Shown piece after piece: positions 63,905 to 64,000 of a DNA stretch of 64,000 nt. Position 1 is the stretch's first letter. Each line of letters opens with the position of its first letter. The position numbers and the translations under genes are program-made. The notes under the pieces are model-generated. The model was not told the DNA's origin. It ran no database searches and saw only the letters and a program-made list of their open reading frames with translations. Source of the stretch: Balanoglossus misakiensis. Its lineage: Eukaryota > Animalia > Hemichordata. The stretch lies in assembly GCA_040954595.2 (NCBI GenBank), contig CM082577.2, forward strand, positions 17,119,903-17,183,902, in the 5' to 3' direction.

Positions 63905-64000
63905 CTGCAGGCGGCGTAAATAGACATCATAGTTGTAAACAAACATCGACATCGATGCATAAACCCGTCCCTGGTTAATGTTTCTTGCAATGTTCTCAAC

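Noticed and set aside
63550-63999. 149-aa ORF taken as a complete or terminal CDS
   Set aside because: Splice signals at 63905 and 63687 suggest only 63904-63688 is exonic and the rest is intronic read-through.

Overview
This is eukaryotic, repeat-dense DNA, most likely from an invertebrate animal (inferred from spliceosomal introns, eukaryotic tRNAs and the transposon types present). A compound macrosatellite with 1.7-2.0 kb units, each made of an AT-rich part plus ~80-bp GC-rich subrepeats, covers 1-12469 and 47382-55915. One unit is split by a single 34.9-kb insertion (12470-47381) flanked by a 9-bp target-site duplication (GACACTCTA). The insertion has foldback-type inverted ends built from 67-bp palindromic modules (~12 left, ~50 right). 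It encodes a spliced, frameshifted Mutator (NOF-FB/Rehavkus-like) DDE transposase with an acidic N-terminus and a C-terminal Cys-His-Asp protease domain of the papain/USP type. Nested inside are a BEL/Pao LTR retrotransposon, an Academ element, an IS3EU-like element carrying spliced HECT E3-ligase exons, Helentron-like elements and several MITEs. Past the array lie a 462-bp tandem duplication, two tRNA-Gln genes, more MITEs and the last four predicted exons of a minus-strand host gene. All coordinates, counts and identities were read by eye, and family names rest on motif and terminus recognition rather than database searches.
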